A stretch of DNA of 64,000 nt, taken from positions 10,758-74,757 of the IMG/VR virus record IMGVR_UViG_3300028844_005363; one strand, 5' to 3'. Shown in pieces: positions 21,211 to 30,428 of the stretch. The notes under the pieces were generated by a model that did no database searches, had not been told where the DNA came from, and saw only the letters and a program-made list of their open reading frames with translations. The DNA comes from a virus. A program made the position numbers and the translations under genes. Within the stretch, counting starts at the first letter, position 1. The number at the start of each line of letters is the position of its first letter.

Positions 21211-21917
21211 TGAGCTTTAATGTATACAAACAAGGTACCAATGGTTACGCACTTTACTTCGCTAAAGGCGATTGGCGTGAGTCGGCAAGTGTTCGTAATG
21301 ATCAACTTAAACCAGTAGCTGAAGCTATGATTGGTATTACAGGTACTTTGAACCATGGCAAGAATACTTTAGCTGGTCTAATCCAGAGTCATTTAGTAAC
21401 TACCAAACGTAAAGAGATGGCTTTTGGGGATGCACCTAAAGTAATACTACAAAAAGTATTTCCTAAGTGGACTTCAGCACACTTTTATACGCGCGAACTT
21501 AAAGAAGCTGTTTGCCCTATATATGGTATTAGTCCTCGTACAGCTATGACTAAGTTCGGTACTGACTTTATGCGTAACTCACTTGGTTTACCACGTTACT
21601 GGATTAACTTATTAGAGGAGGATATGGAAACTCTTGGCCGTAAACCAGAAGACGTAATCATTACTGATATACGTTTTAATAATGAAGCTGCTTGGGCTAA
21701 GTCTAATGATGGTTTCATTATCCGTATACGTGACCCTCGTAAACCTGTACCTACTGAAGAAGAAAGTGAGCAAGGTATCTCTACCATGTTCATTGATTTC
21801 GATATAGAAAATGATGGCTCTATTGATGACATCGTAGATAAACTCCTTATACTGAAACCTCTTTATTACTTACCAAAGAGTTTTCCAGAAGATGAATCGC
21901 GAATATTCCCTCAGTAA
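21210..21917 (+). CDS. Deoxynucleoside monophosphate kinase
   Basis: P-loop GITGTLNHGKNT, SPRTAMTKFGTD, IITDIRFNNEA. Confidence 0.88.
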   Translation: MSFNVYKQGTNGYALYFAKGDWRESASVRNDQLKPVAEAMIGITGTLNHGKNTLAGLIQSHLVTTKRKEMAFGDAPKVILQKVFPKWTSAHFYTRELKEAVCPIYGISPRTAMTKFGTDFMRNSLGLPRYWINLLEEDMETLGRKPEDVIITDIRFNNEAAWAKSNDGFIIRIRDPRKPVPTEEESEQGISTMFIDFDIENDGSIDDIVDKLLILKPLYYLPKSFPEDESRIFPQ

Positions 21918-22362
21918 AAACAGTCAAGCAAAGGTAGATACGTGCGCTCCTATTATTAAATCAGTAGTAGCGCGCGCTATGGAAATTGCTAATACTCGTA
22001 AATTACACTGCCCTGATTGGGGTGTTAGTTCAGGTAAACGAACCACTGATGAACAATTCAATATGTACCGTAAAGGTCGTTCAATGGTTATCAAAGATAA
22101 AGGTTCAAGTGAGTACGCTGTAGTTGACCCATTTAAAGTTATTACTAATGCGGATGGTTACGCTAAGAAGTCAGCTCATCAAACTGGTTTAGCTATTGAT
22201 ATTTATTGCTATGTTGATGGTCAAACTAATTACGACTTTGATAATTTAGCTGCTGTTGCTACATGCTTATTTGCTGCTGCTTGTGAACTAGGTGTGCATC
22301 TAGTTTGGGGTGGTAACTGGAATAGCCTAACGGATGCACCTCATTTCGAGGTGAAGCTATGA
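21892..22362 (+). CDS. Endolysin, M15 L-Ala-D-Glu peptidase
   Basis: GKRTTDEQ, SAHQTGLAID, WGGNW, DAPHFE. Confidence 0.9.
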   Translation: MNREYSLSKNSQAKVDTCAPIIKSVVARAMEIANTRKLHCPDWGVSSGKRTTDEQFNMYRKGRSMVIKDKGSSEYAVVDPFKVITNADGYAKKSAHQTGLAIDIYCYVDGQTNYDFDNLAAVATCLFAAACELGVHLVWGGNWNSLTDAPHFEVKL

Positions 22363-22916
22363 ATATATTAATCCATGGTTACAATGTACGTGACCCAATG
22401 ACTACTGTAGGGCGTTTACAGAAGCGTTTATCTAATACCTATCTATTTGTATATGGTTGGTTTGGTTTGACCTCTGTACTGCTATACAACAAACGTGAAG
22501 CCATAAAACTTAAAGAGCTTTTAGACCAGCATCCTGAAAGTACTGTTTATGCACATTCGAATGGTTGTGCTATTGCTGTATTAGCTGCTGAGTTGGGAGC
22601 CAAGATTAAAACATTGGTTTGTATTAACCCTGCGCTGAAGACTGATTATGTATTCCCAGATACGATTACTAATGTAGGTGTGGTTCATACTAAACATGAC
22701 GTACCAACTAAGGTAGCTCGTTTCTTGGATTACGTACCGTTTATTCAGTTGATTGTACCTAACGCATGGGGAGCCATGGGAAACTATGGTGCAGAAGATA
22801 AGCGAGTTAAAAACTTTGATTTCAGTGATTACTTAGATGGGCATAGTGCTTTTTTTGAGTATAGAAATATGGATATATGTTTGCCTGTTGTTCGTTCGTG
22901 GGTAAAACAATTGTAA
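22359..22916 (+). CDS. Alpha/beta hydrolase (lipase/esterase-like)
   Basis: IHGYN oxyanion motif, AHSNG nucleophile, HDVP Asp, GHSAF His. Confidence 0.8.
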   Translation: MNILIHGYNVRDPMTTVGRLQKRLSNTYLFVYGWFGLTSVLLYNKREAIKLKELLDQHPESTVYAHSNGCAIAVLAAELGAKIKTLVCINPALKTDYVFPDTITNVGVVHTKHDVPTKVARFLDYVPFIQLIVPNAWGAMGNYGAEDKRVKNFDFSDYLDGHSAFFEYRNMDICLPVVRSWVKQL

Positions 22917-22920
22917 AATT

Positions 22921-22945
22921 AGCCATCCTTCGGGATGGCTTTTTT
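22921..22945 (+). terminator. Intrinsic terminator at convergent junction
   Basis: AGCCATCC-TTCG-GGATGGCT followed by T tract. Confidence 0.85.
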
Positions 22946-22953
22946 ATTTGGAA

Positions 22954-23400
22954 TTAAATGCCGTCCTTATATTTTTCAGTGAATGATCGCATTTCATCTT
23001 TCATAGGTTGCATCAACTGTGTAATGCCACTAACTATGTCATGTTTAATTACCTGAGAAACCAAATAATCTAAAGATACTGGTTTAGGCATATAGTCTAC
23101 AACACCTAAATGTATCGATTGGCTTAGATTATCAGGGTCATCACTACCAGAAACGAATATAACAGGAATGTCCTTAGTTACTTCATTAGACTTCAAGGCT
23201 GTGCAAACCTGAAAGCCATCCATGCCTGGCATAACTAAATCCAATACTACAAATGAAGGTTTATGTTCTAGGGCATATTCCACTGCTTTTGTGGGATCAG
23301 CCAAAGCAATTGCTTTAACTCCCGCACGCTCAAAAGCTTCTAGGAATACACGCCTATCTAAAGGACTATCATCAATAATAAGTACAGTCGCATTACACAT
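22954..23400 (-). CDS. Stand-alone response-regulator receiver (CheY-like) protein
   Basis: IIDDS, VVLDLVMPGMDG (phospho-Asp), FVSG, YMPKP all intact. Confidence 0.92.
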   Translation of the reverse strand: MCNATVLIIDDSPLDRRVFLEAFERAGVKAIALADPTKAVEYALEHKPSFVVLDLVMPGMDGFQVCTALKSNEVTKDIPVIFVSGSDDPDNLSQSIHLGVVDYMPKPVSLDYLVSQVIKHDIVSGITQLMQPMKDEMRSFTEKYKDGI

Positions 23401-23403
23401 ATT

Positions 23404-23706
23404 TTATTCCTTGTTGTGATTATGCTGCTGAAGATTAGTTAAAGTCATGCTGTGCAATCTTTTTTCTAAATCCAGTTCAGCCCGCAAAATCGTGTCGTTA
23501 AGTTTTCGAAGGTCAACCCCAAGCGGAACCAGTTTACCATCTATGTCGGTTAACTTTGCCTGAATGATTTCAACATCTTTTTTTAAGTTGGCATTATCCA
23601 ATGCAAGAGCTTCAATCTTTTCTTTCTGCTTACTCCAAGCATTAGCTAATGCACCAATAGGTACTATTAAAATTGCCCAAATGAAAGACATTAAATTCAA
23701 ATCCAT
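23404..23706 (-). CDS. Single-TM coiled-coil protein (holin-like position)
   Basis: N-terminal TM (SFIWAILIVPIGALANAW) then leucine heptads. Confidence 0.6.
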   Translation of the reverse strand: MDLNLMSFIWAILIVPIGALANAWSKQKEKIEALALDNANLKKDVEIIQAKLTDIDGKLVPLGVDLRKLNDTILRAELDLEKRLHSMTLTNLQQHNHNKE

Positions 23707-23847
23707 ACTTACCTCTATTTTGATTACCTGCCTCTATCAGATCAGAGAAATACACCTCTGAGGTGCTATGTTACGCAAGTATTAGATATAAATATAGGAA
23801 TACCCGACTGTACTTAATCATACAGTCAGGGTGATTACAGAAGCTTT

Positions 23848-25146
23848 CTACATAGCATCCAATTCTTCTAAGTAAATACGATCAGACATAACAGCTCTAT
23901 CAAATACTATTTCCTTATTATATAGCTTGTTGTTTATCATAACGTTCTTCAAAGTGATAATGTCGCCTGTAGCATAAAAACGCATAATAGGCGTAATACT
24001 AGCATCATCCAGCAAAATCTTACCGCCGATAACATCAATACGTGAATTATCAGAAGAGTAAGCTATGTTGGTTCGTAGCACTGAACCTCTATCCAAGCTA
24101 AGCTCATCAAACGATTGCGCGTCACCATATATGTTACAACCAATTACTTTTACATAGCCCTGTGATTGCACACAAGCACCTTCATCACGAAAAGCTCTTG
24201 TATTTTTAATAGTACAACCAATCAGCTTATTGGTTAACGAGTATGACCATACACCAACACCGTATTTACAGGTGTTCATTGTAGAGTCTACTACGCGCAT
24301 ATCCCCACCTTTACAATCAATACCTCGGTCGCCACAATTTAGAAAGTGACTATCATAGATACGCTGCTTAGTACCCGCATTAATAGTAATACCATCACCT
24401 TGAATATAACTGTCGATAATCTCCCCTGTATTATTTTGAGTGAAACCACAGTTTTTAACATACAGACTTCTTATGTATAAGTTATCTGCAATGTTACAAG
24501 TGATTGCATTAGGGTACGCCGCGCCTTGCACCGAAGCCATATCAATCTTAGCATCAGTAATTGTAACGTCCTTAACATTGTCGTATAGACGAATACCAGC
24601 TTTCTTCAAGTACTTCGCTCTAAAATTATCCACAACTACAGGACCATTAGTAGAAGCTATATATATACCGGTAGATGCGTTAAACACTTTAATATCAGAA
24701 AGTCTATTACTGCCTGAATTAGAGTGCATATACAGTGCGCTGTTAAAGTGAAAGAAAGTCATGCACGTTATATCGGTATGCTTAGATTCAACAAAAAAAG
24801 CCAAAGCACCATCACTATCTGTATTTTCCCAAGGATACTGTGTAACCCCTAAAAAGTAAGGAGCCGTATCTCTCGTAGGTAGTACCGCATTACGTGAAGG
24901 GGCGCTACCACCTATAATACGTAACTTACCTTCGCTGCTTCCGCTATTGGCTTGATATGTATGAATACTGTCATCTATATCTATGTTACTTTTTTCGCCT
25001 TTTATTTTACTTATAAGCAAAACATCATCTTTACCTAACTTGTCGGTGCTGTCTAAAATTTTAGATTTAATTTCAGCCAATCCCATTGAGTTAGCCCAAG
25101 AACCACCAGTGTTTGAACCACTAGGACTTGCTCTGTATATACCCAT
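23848..25146 (-). CDS. Right-handed beta-helix protein (putative depolymerase/tailspike)
   Basis: Repeating GIYI/GIRL/GDGITI/GDRGIDCKG beta-helix rungs. Confidence 0.7.
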   Translation of the reverse strand: MGIYRASPSGSNTGGSWANSMGLAEIKSKILDSTDKLGKDDVLLISKIKGEKSNIDIDDSIHTYQANSGSSEGKLRIIGGSAPSRNAVLPTRDTAPYFLGVTQYPWENTDSDGALAFFVESKHTDITCMTFFHFNSALYMHSNSGSNRLSDIKVFNASTGIYIASTNGPVVVDNFRAKYLKKAGIRLYDNVKDVTITDAKIDMASVQGAAYPNAITCNIADNLYIRSLYVKNCGFTQNNTGEIIDSYIQGDGITINAGTKQRIYDSHFLNCGDRGIDCKGGDMRVVDSTMNTCKYGVGVWSYSLTNKLIGCTIKNTRAFRDEGACVQSQGYVKVIGCNIYGDAQSFDELSLDRGSVLRTNIAYSSDNSRIDVIGGKILLDDASITPIMRFYATGDIITLKNVMINNKLYNKEIVFDRAVMSDRIYLEELDAM

Positions 25147-25210
25147 TTTATTACCTCAATTACAGCCAGTAATACTACTCACTGGCTGGTTTATTTATTT
25201 TAATAACTAC

Positions 25211-27238
25211 TTAAGCCCATAACCAAGTACCGTCGCCTTGACCTACAGGTGACTCACCAACTTTTGGTAATGAACCATTAGCATCAATAACTGTACTTAC
25301 TTCATAAGGGAGCGCAATGAAGTTACCTTTATTAATGTCTTTCTGGTTTAAATAATCAGTGTCTACAATCAAGTAATCTATAATTGGTAGTTTACCTGAT
25401 GCATCCCAAGCAACACCATCTACGGCAAAATCAAATGCAAATTTAGTCGCACCTTCAGGCACTACTACAGAACGGTATGCACCATTAACGCCATCGTGAT
25501 AGCTAGCGCTACCCTTAGCTACAATGATGTCATTGTCGTCAGCAAACCAATAACTGCTATTATCACCACCGGTGTCTAGCTTAATAGTATAACCAGCTTC
25601 TAGCCCTGTGATAATAGTAGTGGTTCTACGTTCTGGTGTCGTAGTACTCAGGCGCAATATATTACTAGCTGCACCTCCGTTATACCAAGAACCTGCTTGC
25701 ACACTAAAAGTTAAAGGTGATGGCGCATAAAGCTTAGCTTCGTCTTCCATAGTCATAAGCATACGAGATTCTTCAGGTAACACATTACTAAAAATATAAT
25801 TAACTAATCTTCGTAAACCATTATAATTTGGATGCGTGAAATCCAAGTAATACTCGTCCATTAAATGTACGGCTTTGGTTGCTGCCTTGCCACTAACATA
25901 AACACTATCTTCAAATTCTAAAGGTAATGTTTTGTACATAGCATCAAGCTCATCATTGTCCGATGCACCTGTTTCGTTAGGTGATACAAATACAATTAAA
26001 GTATTAGGTCTTGAAGCTAGATAGGTATTGAGTCCATTTACAATATCCTGTTTCACTTCATCTACCGTCTGTCCGCTGTGGTTAATACCTAACGACATTT
26101 CTAATATCGTTGTACTGCCTGTTCCGGGGGTACGTGTTATTGCTTCAGTCAGGGTAGAGTTACCGGTATTACTTCTCCAATTACCTGCTGTTTGACCACC
26201 ACTAGAATTTTCTAAAGCTTGAAAGTTTATCTTAGCTAACTGTGGTTCATAGTAATCTAAGGAATCAACCTCACCACTTAATCGTGTACTGTCACCAGTA
26301 ACTACATAGGTGTAAGGTGTCTCAGACTTTAAGGCATCAAGGAAACGTTGTTTGATAGCAGTGGTTACTATTTCTGTACCGCCACCAACATCACCGTCAT
26401 CTACAGCACCGCTTATTACTTTCCAGTCTTTTGCTGTAGAAGTACCCAGGGCAACAAAGTACTCACCAGTGTTAGGGTTAATTAGTCGCTCACCTTCGTA
26501 CAATGGTGCATGAATAGGTGTGCTTCTAACTGGTATAACTTCATTTTCTAAACCAGTGTAAAAATCAGCTTCTGTTGGTTCTGGGTAGTCAGAGTAAGTA
26601 AGGTACTTATCTTTAACATACTCATCACCATTTTTGTTGTAACGAACATCGAGGTCATACTCACCTTCAGCATCAAAAGCACCTAAACCCTCCTGACCTT
26701 CCATGTTCTCTGAAATCATAGTCCAACGTTCTTTACTATTATTTATTGTATAAATAATATAAGAAGGTACTTTTAATACACACTCGCCTACGTCTTCTTC
26801 CCTGATATGCAATTCACCAGCAGCAAACAACCACTCTGAACCATACTTTATAAGCACATTAGCAAGACCATCATCGTCTTTAAAATTACCTAGCGTAACC
26901 ACACTAATATCTTTTAAAGCTTCTTCGTCCATAAGTAAGAAGTCCGCATAAGTAGGCACTAAAACACTACCACCCGAACCACCAATAACAACACCTCCGG
27001 GTGTCACTCCATCATGTAAGTGGATCTCCCACTTTTCAACATCAAGAGTAAGTTCCCCTTCCATACCTATAAAATTTTTATTTTCTTCTGTAGTTCCCTT
27101 TTTTGGTCGCAGTACTCGGCTGCCTTCTGTTTCTGTAACGAAACCGCCAATGAAATCACTATTCATTCTTTCAAGTGATTCCGCTATCTTACTACCACAC
27201 TCTTTGTCGTCATCACAACTAATTGCAATAATACCCAT
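25211..27238 (-). CDS. Tail fibre/appendage with SGNH/GDSL esterase domain
   Basis: N-terminal GELTLDVEKWEIHLHDGVTPGG tail-fibre motif; GDST, SGGQT, LGIN, DFTHPN. Confidence 0.8.
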   Translation of the reverse strand: MGIIAISCDDDKECGSKIAESLERMNSDFIGGFVTETEGSRVLRPKKGTTEENKNFIGMEGELTLDVEKWEIHLHDGVTPGGVVIGGSGGSVLVPTYADFLLMDEEALKDISVVTLGNFKDDDGLANVLIKYGSEWLFAAGELHIREEDVGECVLKVPSYIIYTINNSKERWTMISENMEGQEGLGAFDAEGEYDLDVRYNKNGDEYVKDKYLTYSDYPEPTEADFYTGLENEVIPVRSTPIHAPLYEGERLINPNTGEYFVALGTSTAKDWKVISGAVDDGDVGGGTEIVTTAIKQRFLDALKSETPYTYVVTGDSTRLSGEVDSLDYYEPQLAKINFQALENSSGGQTAGNWRSNTGNSTLTEAITRTPGTGSTTILEMSLGINHSGQTVDEVKQDIVNGLNTYLASRPNTLIVFVSPNETGASDNDELDAMYKTLPLEFEDSVYVSGKAATKAVHLMDEYYLDFTHPNYNGLRRLVNYIFSNVLPEESRMLMTMEDEAKLYAPSPLTFSVQAGSWYNGGAASNILRLSTTTPERRTTTIITGLEAGYTIKLDTGGDNSSYWFADDNDIIVAKGSASYHDGVNGAYRSVVVPEGATKFAFDFAVDGVAWDASGKLPIIDYLIVDTDYLNQKDINKGNFIALPYEVSTVIDANGSLPKVGESPVGQGDGTWLWA

Positions 27239-27942
27239 TAGCACCAACCCTCATCAGTATTTTTCATTTCTTTAGATATTAGATTAATAGTATCTTTACT
27301 TTCTAATCTAGCGCATTCATTTTGGTATATAGAGTAGTAATTATTACTCTGGGATTCCCCAGCCAATGATTTACGATTCTTGTAAATACGATGACCTATG
27401 TAAGCCAATAAAGCTTCCGTGAATTGTATAGGTAAATTTATTTCTTGCCCTTCAATGTCATCACCTTCAAGTCTAATTTTCGGGTGTTTAGCCTGATAAA
27501 TTACATTGTACATTGTGTCCTGAATAGTCTCAGGAAACTCAATAGTATTGAAGCTTGGTAACATTACTGACGAACAAAATGATTCGTTATTAATGAATAC
27601 TGGTTTATTACACGCGTCCACCACTCTATCTATACGAATAATGTCATCGGTAAAAGGTGCGCTTGAAGAATCTATAATGTACTTATTTGGTTTAGTACTT
27701 ATAGTACTTAAAGCATAATCACTTTTTAAGTGGTAAGTGGTAACACCTGATACCTGCTTTAATAGCACATTACTAAATCGCAATTCAAAGCGTGCATGCA
27801 AAGCATCTAAGGCTGCATTAATAGCAGGTATAACTTGTACGTACTGGTCTGGCTGAGTAACTGTTTGGGTGTCATCACCACCTATAGATAAGTGCGCTAA
27901 CTCCCCATAAGCCAAGTGTTCTAATATGTCACTAACTAACAT
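27238..27942 (-). CDS. Head-tail adaptor (N4 gp67-like)
   Basis: LAYGELAHL, EALLAYIGHR; adjacent to terminase. Confidence 0.8.
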   Translation of the reverse strand: MLVSDILEHLAYGELAHLSIGGDDTQTVTQPDQYVQVIPAINAALDALHARFELRFSNVLLKQVSGVTTYHLKSDYALSTISTKPNKYIIDSSSAPFTDDIIRIDRVVDACNKPVFINNESFCSSVMLPSFNTIEFPETIQDTMYNVIYQAKHPKIRLEGDDIEGQEINLPIQFTEALLAYIGHRIYKNRKSLAGESQSNNYYSIYQNECARLESKDTINLISKEMKNTDEGWC

Positions 27943-27991
27943 TTTAATTACCTTGTTTTATTAATAATCTTTAGTATAACTTAATGGCTTG

Positions 27992-29608
27992 TTACACAGC
28001 ATAACTATCGTAAGCACCAACCTCTGGTTCTTCCTCTTCTTCCCAAATTTGTGAATCTTCATTAAAAGAAAGAGGGGTTTCTTCACTAGGCATAAATGAG
28101 TTGATCAGCGGCAACATTGATATTGTATCCGCAAAGTCATCATGCTTAGATTTAAAGCCTTTACGTGATACTAGTTGCATTTCTTCCTGCATTTCTAGCA
28201 TCTCTGGTGACTTATTAAGTTCCTCAGGAAACAATATTTTATGGTTCTTGAATAACGGAACCACTACATTAAATCGCGTAATTTTATCAGTGCTAGGTCT
28301 AATGCCTGGATTACCTTCATTGTTCTCAGAAGTTAGATTAAAGTAACAACGCTTAGTACCCATCTCTCTTCTAACCCAAGAAACAAAACCTTTCTGTTGT
28401 CCGCTTATTTCAATACCTACTTCTAGTGGTTTATAAATTTGAACCAGTCTAAATAAGTCATCGACAGTCACAGCCATATCTTGCTGCTTACAAACACCGT
28501 CTACCCAAAACCAAGTACCATCAGAACTTAATGCCCACACAGAAATAACACTGAAATCACTAGCTTCCTTTTCAGAAGTTGCAAAATCCGTAGTGATATA
28601 AAAGTTATAACCATCTTTATGTTTAAGTAATGTGTTTCGTGAATACCAGTTAATTTCGCTGTCTTTAATTAATCTATCTTCTTCTGACATAATTCGTAGC
28701 ATTAGCTCCTGATTGAATGAATCCACCTTACCCGCTTTGAAAGCTTTGGTGTACTGTTTAAGTACATAATCATAAGTAAATCTATCAGGCCATGAGCCTT
28801 TAAACTCACTACGCTTGCATGGAAATTTTTCACATACAGGGTAAACGTTTACGTACCATGCACCAGACTCAACCGCTTTGTACAATGGGTCACGGGCGTT
28901 AAAGGGTGTACCTGACCATATGATTTTAGACTTAGTAGGATGCAGAGCGTAATCCACAGCTTTATACACTGTGTCATCTACGCTCGCTATAACCGTTTCT
29001 GAGCGTGCATCTTCATCAGATATTAAATCGTCCAGCACAGCAAGCACAGGACGCTTACCCATCTCCTTGGCTCCACGTACGCCGGTCTTAGCACCATAAC
29101 CTTTTATAATAAAACGATTGCCGTCAGTGTTTCTAAATTCCCAACGTATATCAGTAAACTTAGCCACAGGCACATATTCTTGTAAAAATTCAGAGTTCTC
29201 CCAACGGAACTCCAAGTTTTTACGCATATTTTTTACACCATTCTCTATACTATCAGAAACATAGATAGCCAAAGGCACTCTACCAAAGCCAGGAATTGAA
29301 CCATAAACAGCAATGTATAAAAATAAGTACTCACCTAACAATGTTGTTTTCGCTATGCCACGGTGACATAGGTTGATTGTGTTTTGGCGCTTACCACTTA
29401 TTTGATCAAGCATACGTAAATGAACTACAGGTGTTTTATTCTCCTCACCCTCATGACCATTAACCATCTTAATGAATGTCACAAATTCAACGGCAAAAGT
29501 ACTTGGTACATAGCAATCATCTATTGAATAATTTACTTCATTAATCCAAGCTTCTACTGTCTTTTCTGTTGGTTCCTCTAAAGGCACTTCCTCATCAAAA
29601 TCATACAT
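27992..29608 (-). CDS. terL: Terminase large subunit (N4 gp68-like)
   Basis: CHRGIAKTT, VLDD, SGTPFN, TTDFATS, HDDFADTIS. Confidence 0.95.
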   Translation of the reverse strand: MYDFDEEVPLEEPTEKTVEAWINEVNYSIDDCYVPSTFAVEFVTFIKMVNGHEGEENKTPVVHLRMLDQISGKRQNTINLCHRGIAKTTLLGEYLFLYIAVYGSIPGFGRVPLAIYVSDSIENGVKNMRKNLEFRWENSEFLQEYVPVAKFTDIRWEFRNTDGNRFIIKGYGAKTGVRGAKEMGKRPVLAVLDDLISDEDARSETVIASVDDTVYKAVDYALHPTKSKIIWSGTPFNARDPLYKAVESGAWYVNVYPVCEKFPCKRSEFKGSWPDRFTYDYVLKQYTKAFKAGKVDSFNQELMLRIMSEEDRLIKDSEINWYSRNTLLKHKDGYNFYITTDFATSEKEASDFSVISVWALSSDGTWFWVDGVCKQQDMAVTVDDLFRLVQIYKPLEVGIEISGQQKGFVSWVRREMGTKRCYFNLTSENNEGNPGIRPSTDKITRFNVVVPLFKNHKILFPEELNKSPEMLEMQEEMQLVSRKGFKSKHDDFADTISMLPLINSFMPSEETPLSFNEDSQIWEEEEEPEVGAYDSYAV

Positions 29609-30302
29609 CTTCTATGTCCTGTATTGGTTTATGGAATAGAGAAGACTGAGCCACCTCATGAGCGTTGTTGTTACCTTGCTTGATACTATTCACCTGTTTC
29701 TCAGCAAACTCGTTCATAGCTGTGCGTAGAGCGTCTATTGCACTATCTTCTTTGTGCGTTATTTCTAATTCCATTTTAGACACTTCAGGCTGTTTAAGAT
29801 GGGTCATAAGACTGTTTGCAGCATCCGATCGGACTTTAGGACTTACATCAAGATTGGTAGCTATACTGTGCTGTACGTTAATAGCATCCTGAAATTTATC
29901 CGAGTTAAGTATGTACGATGGAATTAGAGTTTGTTCTCTAATTTTATTAACCAAAATACTTTTGTTATATGCAGCTACATGGCTACTAATATCTTTATCA
30001 GTTACGCCATTATCTAAATGTGTTTGGTAGCGATCAGGAAAAGTTTTTATGTAAGCAGATTTATTAGTATCACCGCGCACCTTGAAACCCATGTAACGAA
30101 CAGCATCAATATAGCTATCCATTTTAAAGCGACCATCGTTAAGTACACTAGTAAAACCCAATAAATTATCGCGATAAACTTCGCGCTCATAAGGGTCATC
30201 AAATAGTGAATTAACGGTATCAACTAAACTTTGTGTTGCTCGTTCTTTTATATGTTTAGGCAGGACAGCCTTGAATGTATCTAGTGTTAAACCATTACTC
30301 AT
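29601..30302 (-). CDS. Terminase small subunit candidate (N4 gp69-like)
   Basis: AYIKTFPDRY, VSPKVRSDAANSLMTHLKQP; overlaps terL start. Confidence 0.8.
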   Translation of the reverse strand: MSNGLTLDTFKAVLPKHIKERATQSLVDTVNSLFDDPYEREVYRDNLLGFTSVLNDGRFKMDSYIDAVRYMGFKVRGDTNKSAYIKTFPDRYQTHLDNGVTDKDISSHVAAYNKSILVNKIREQTLIPSYILNSDKFQDAINVQHSIATNLDVSPKVRSDAANSLMTHLKQPEVSKMELEITHKEDSAIDALRTAMNEFAEKQVNSIKQGNNNAHEVAQSSLFHKPIQDIEDV

Positions 30303-30358
30303 TGTGAATGCTCGAAGTTAAATAATGATTTAGTATATAGGTGCTTGGTAGGTATAAG

Positions 30359-30410
30359 CAAACAATGTTACAAACCTCTCGTCTGCGACTTCGGTTTGTA
30401 GCATTGTTTG
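30359..30410. repeat. Long inverted repeat
   Basis: CAAACAATGTTACAAACC / GGTTTGTAGCATTGTTTG with apical GTC-TGC-GAC. Confidence 0.8.
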
Positions 30411-30428
30411 TTTGAGGGTTTTTCTATT

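Noticed and set aside
20058-21917. Z-genome or other base-substitution pathway
   Set aside because: No PurZ, DatZ, 7-deazaguanine or hydroxymethylase genes recognised in the window.
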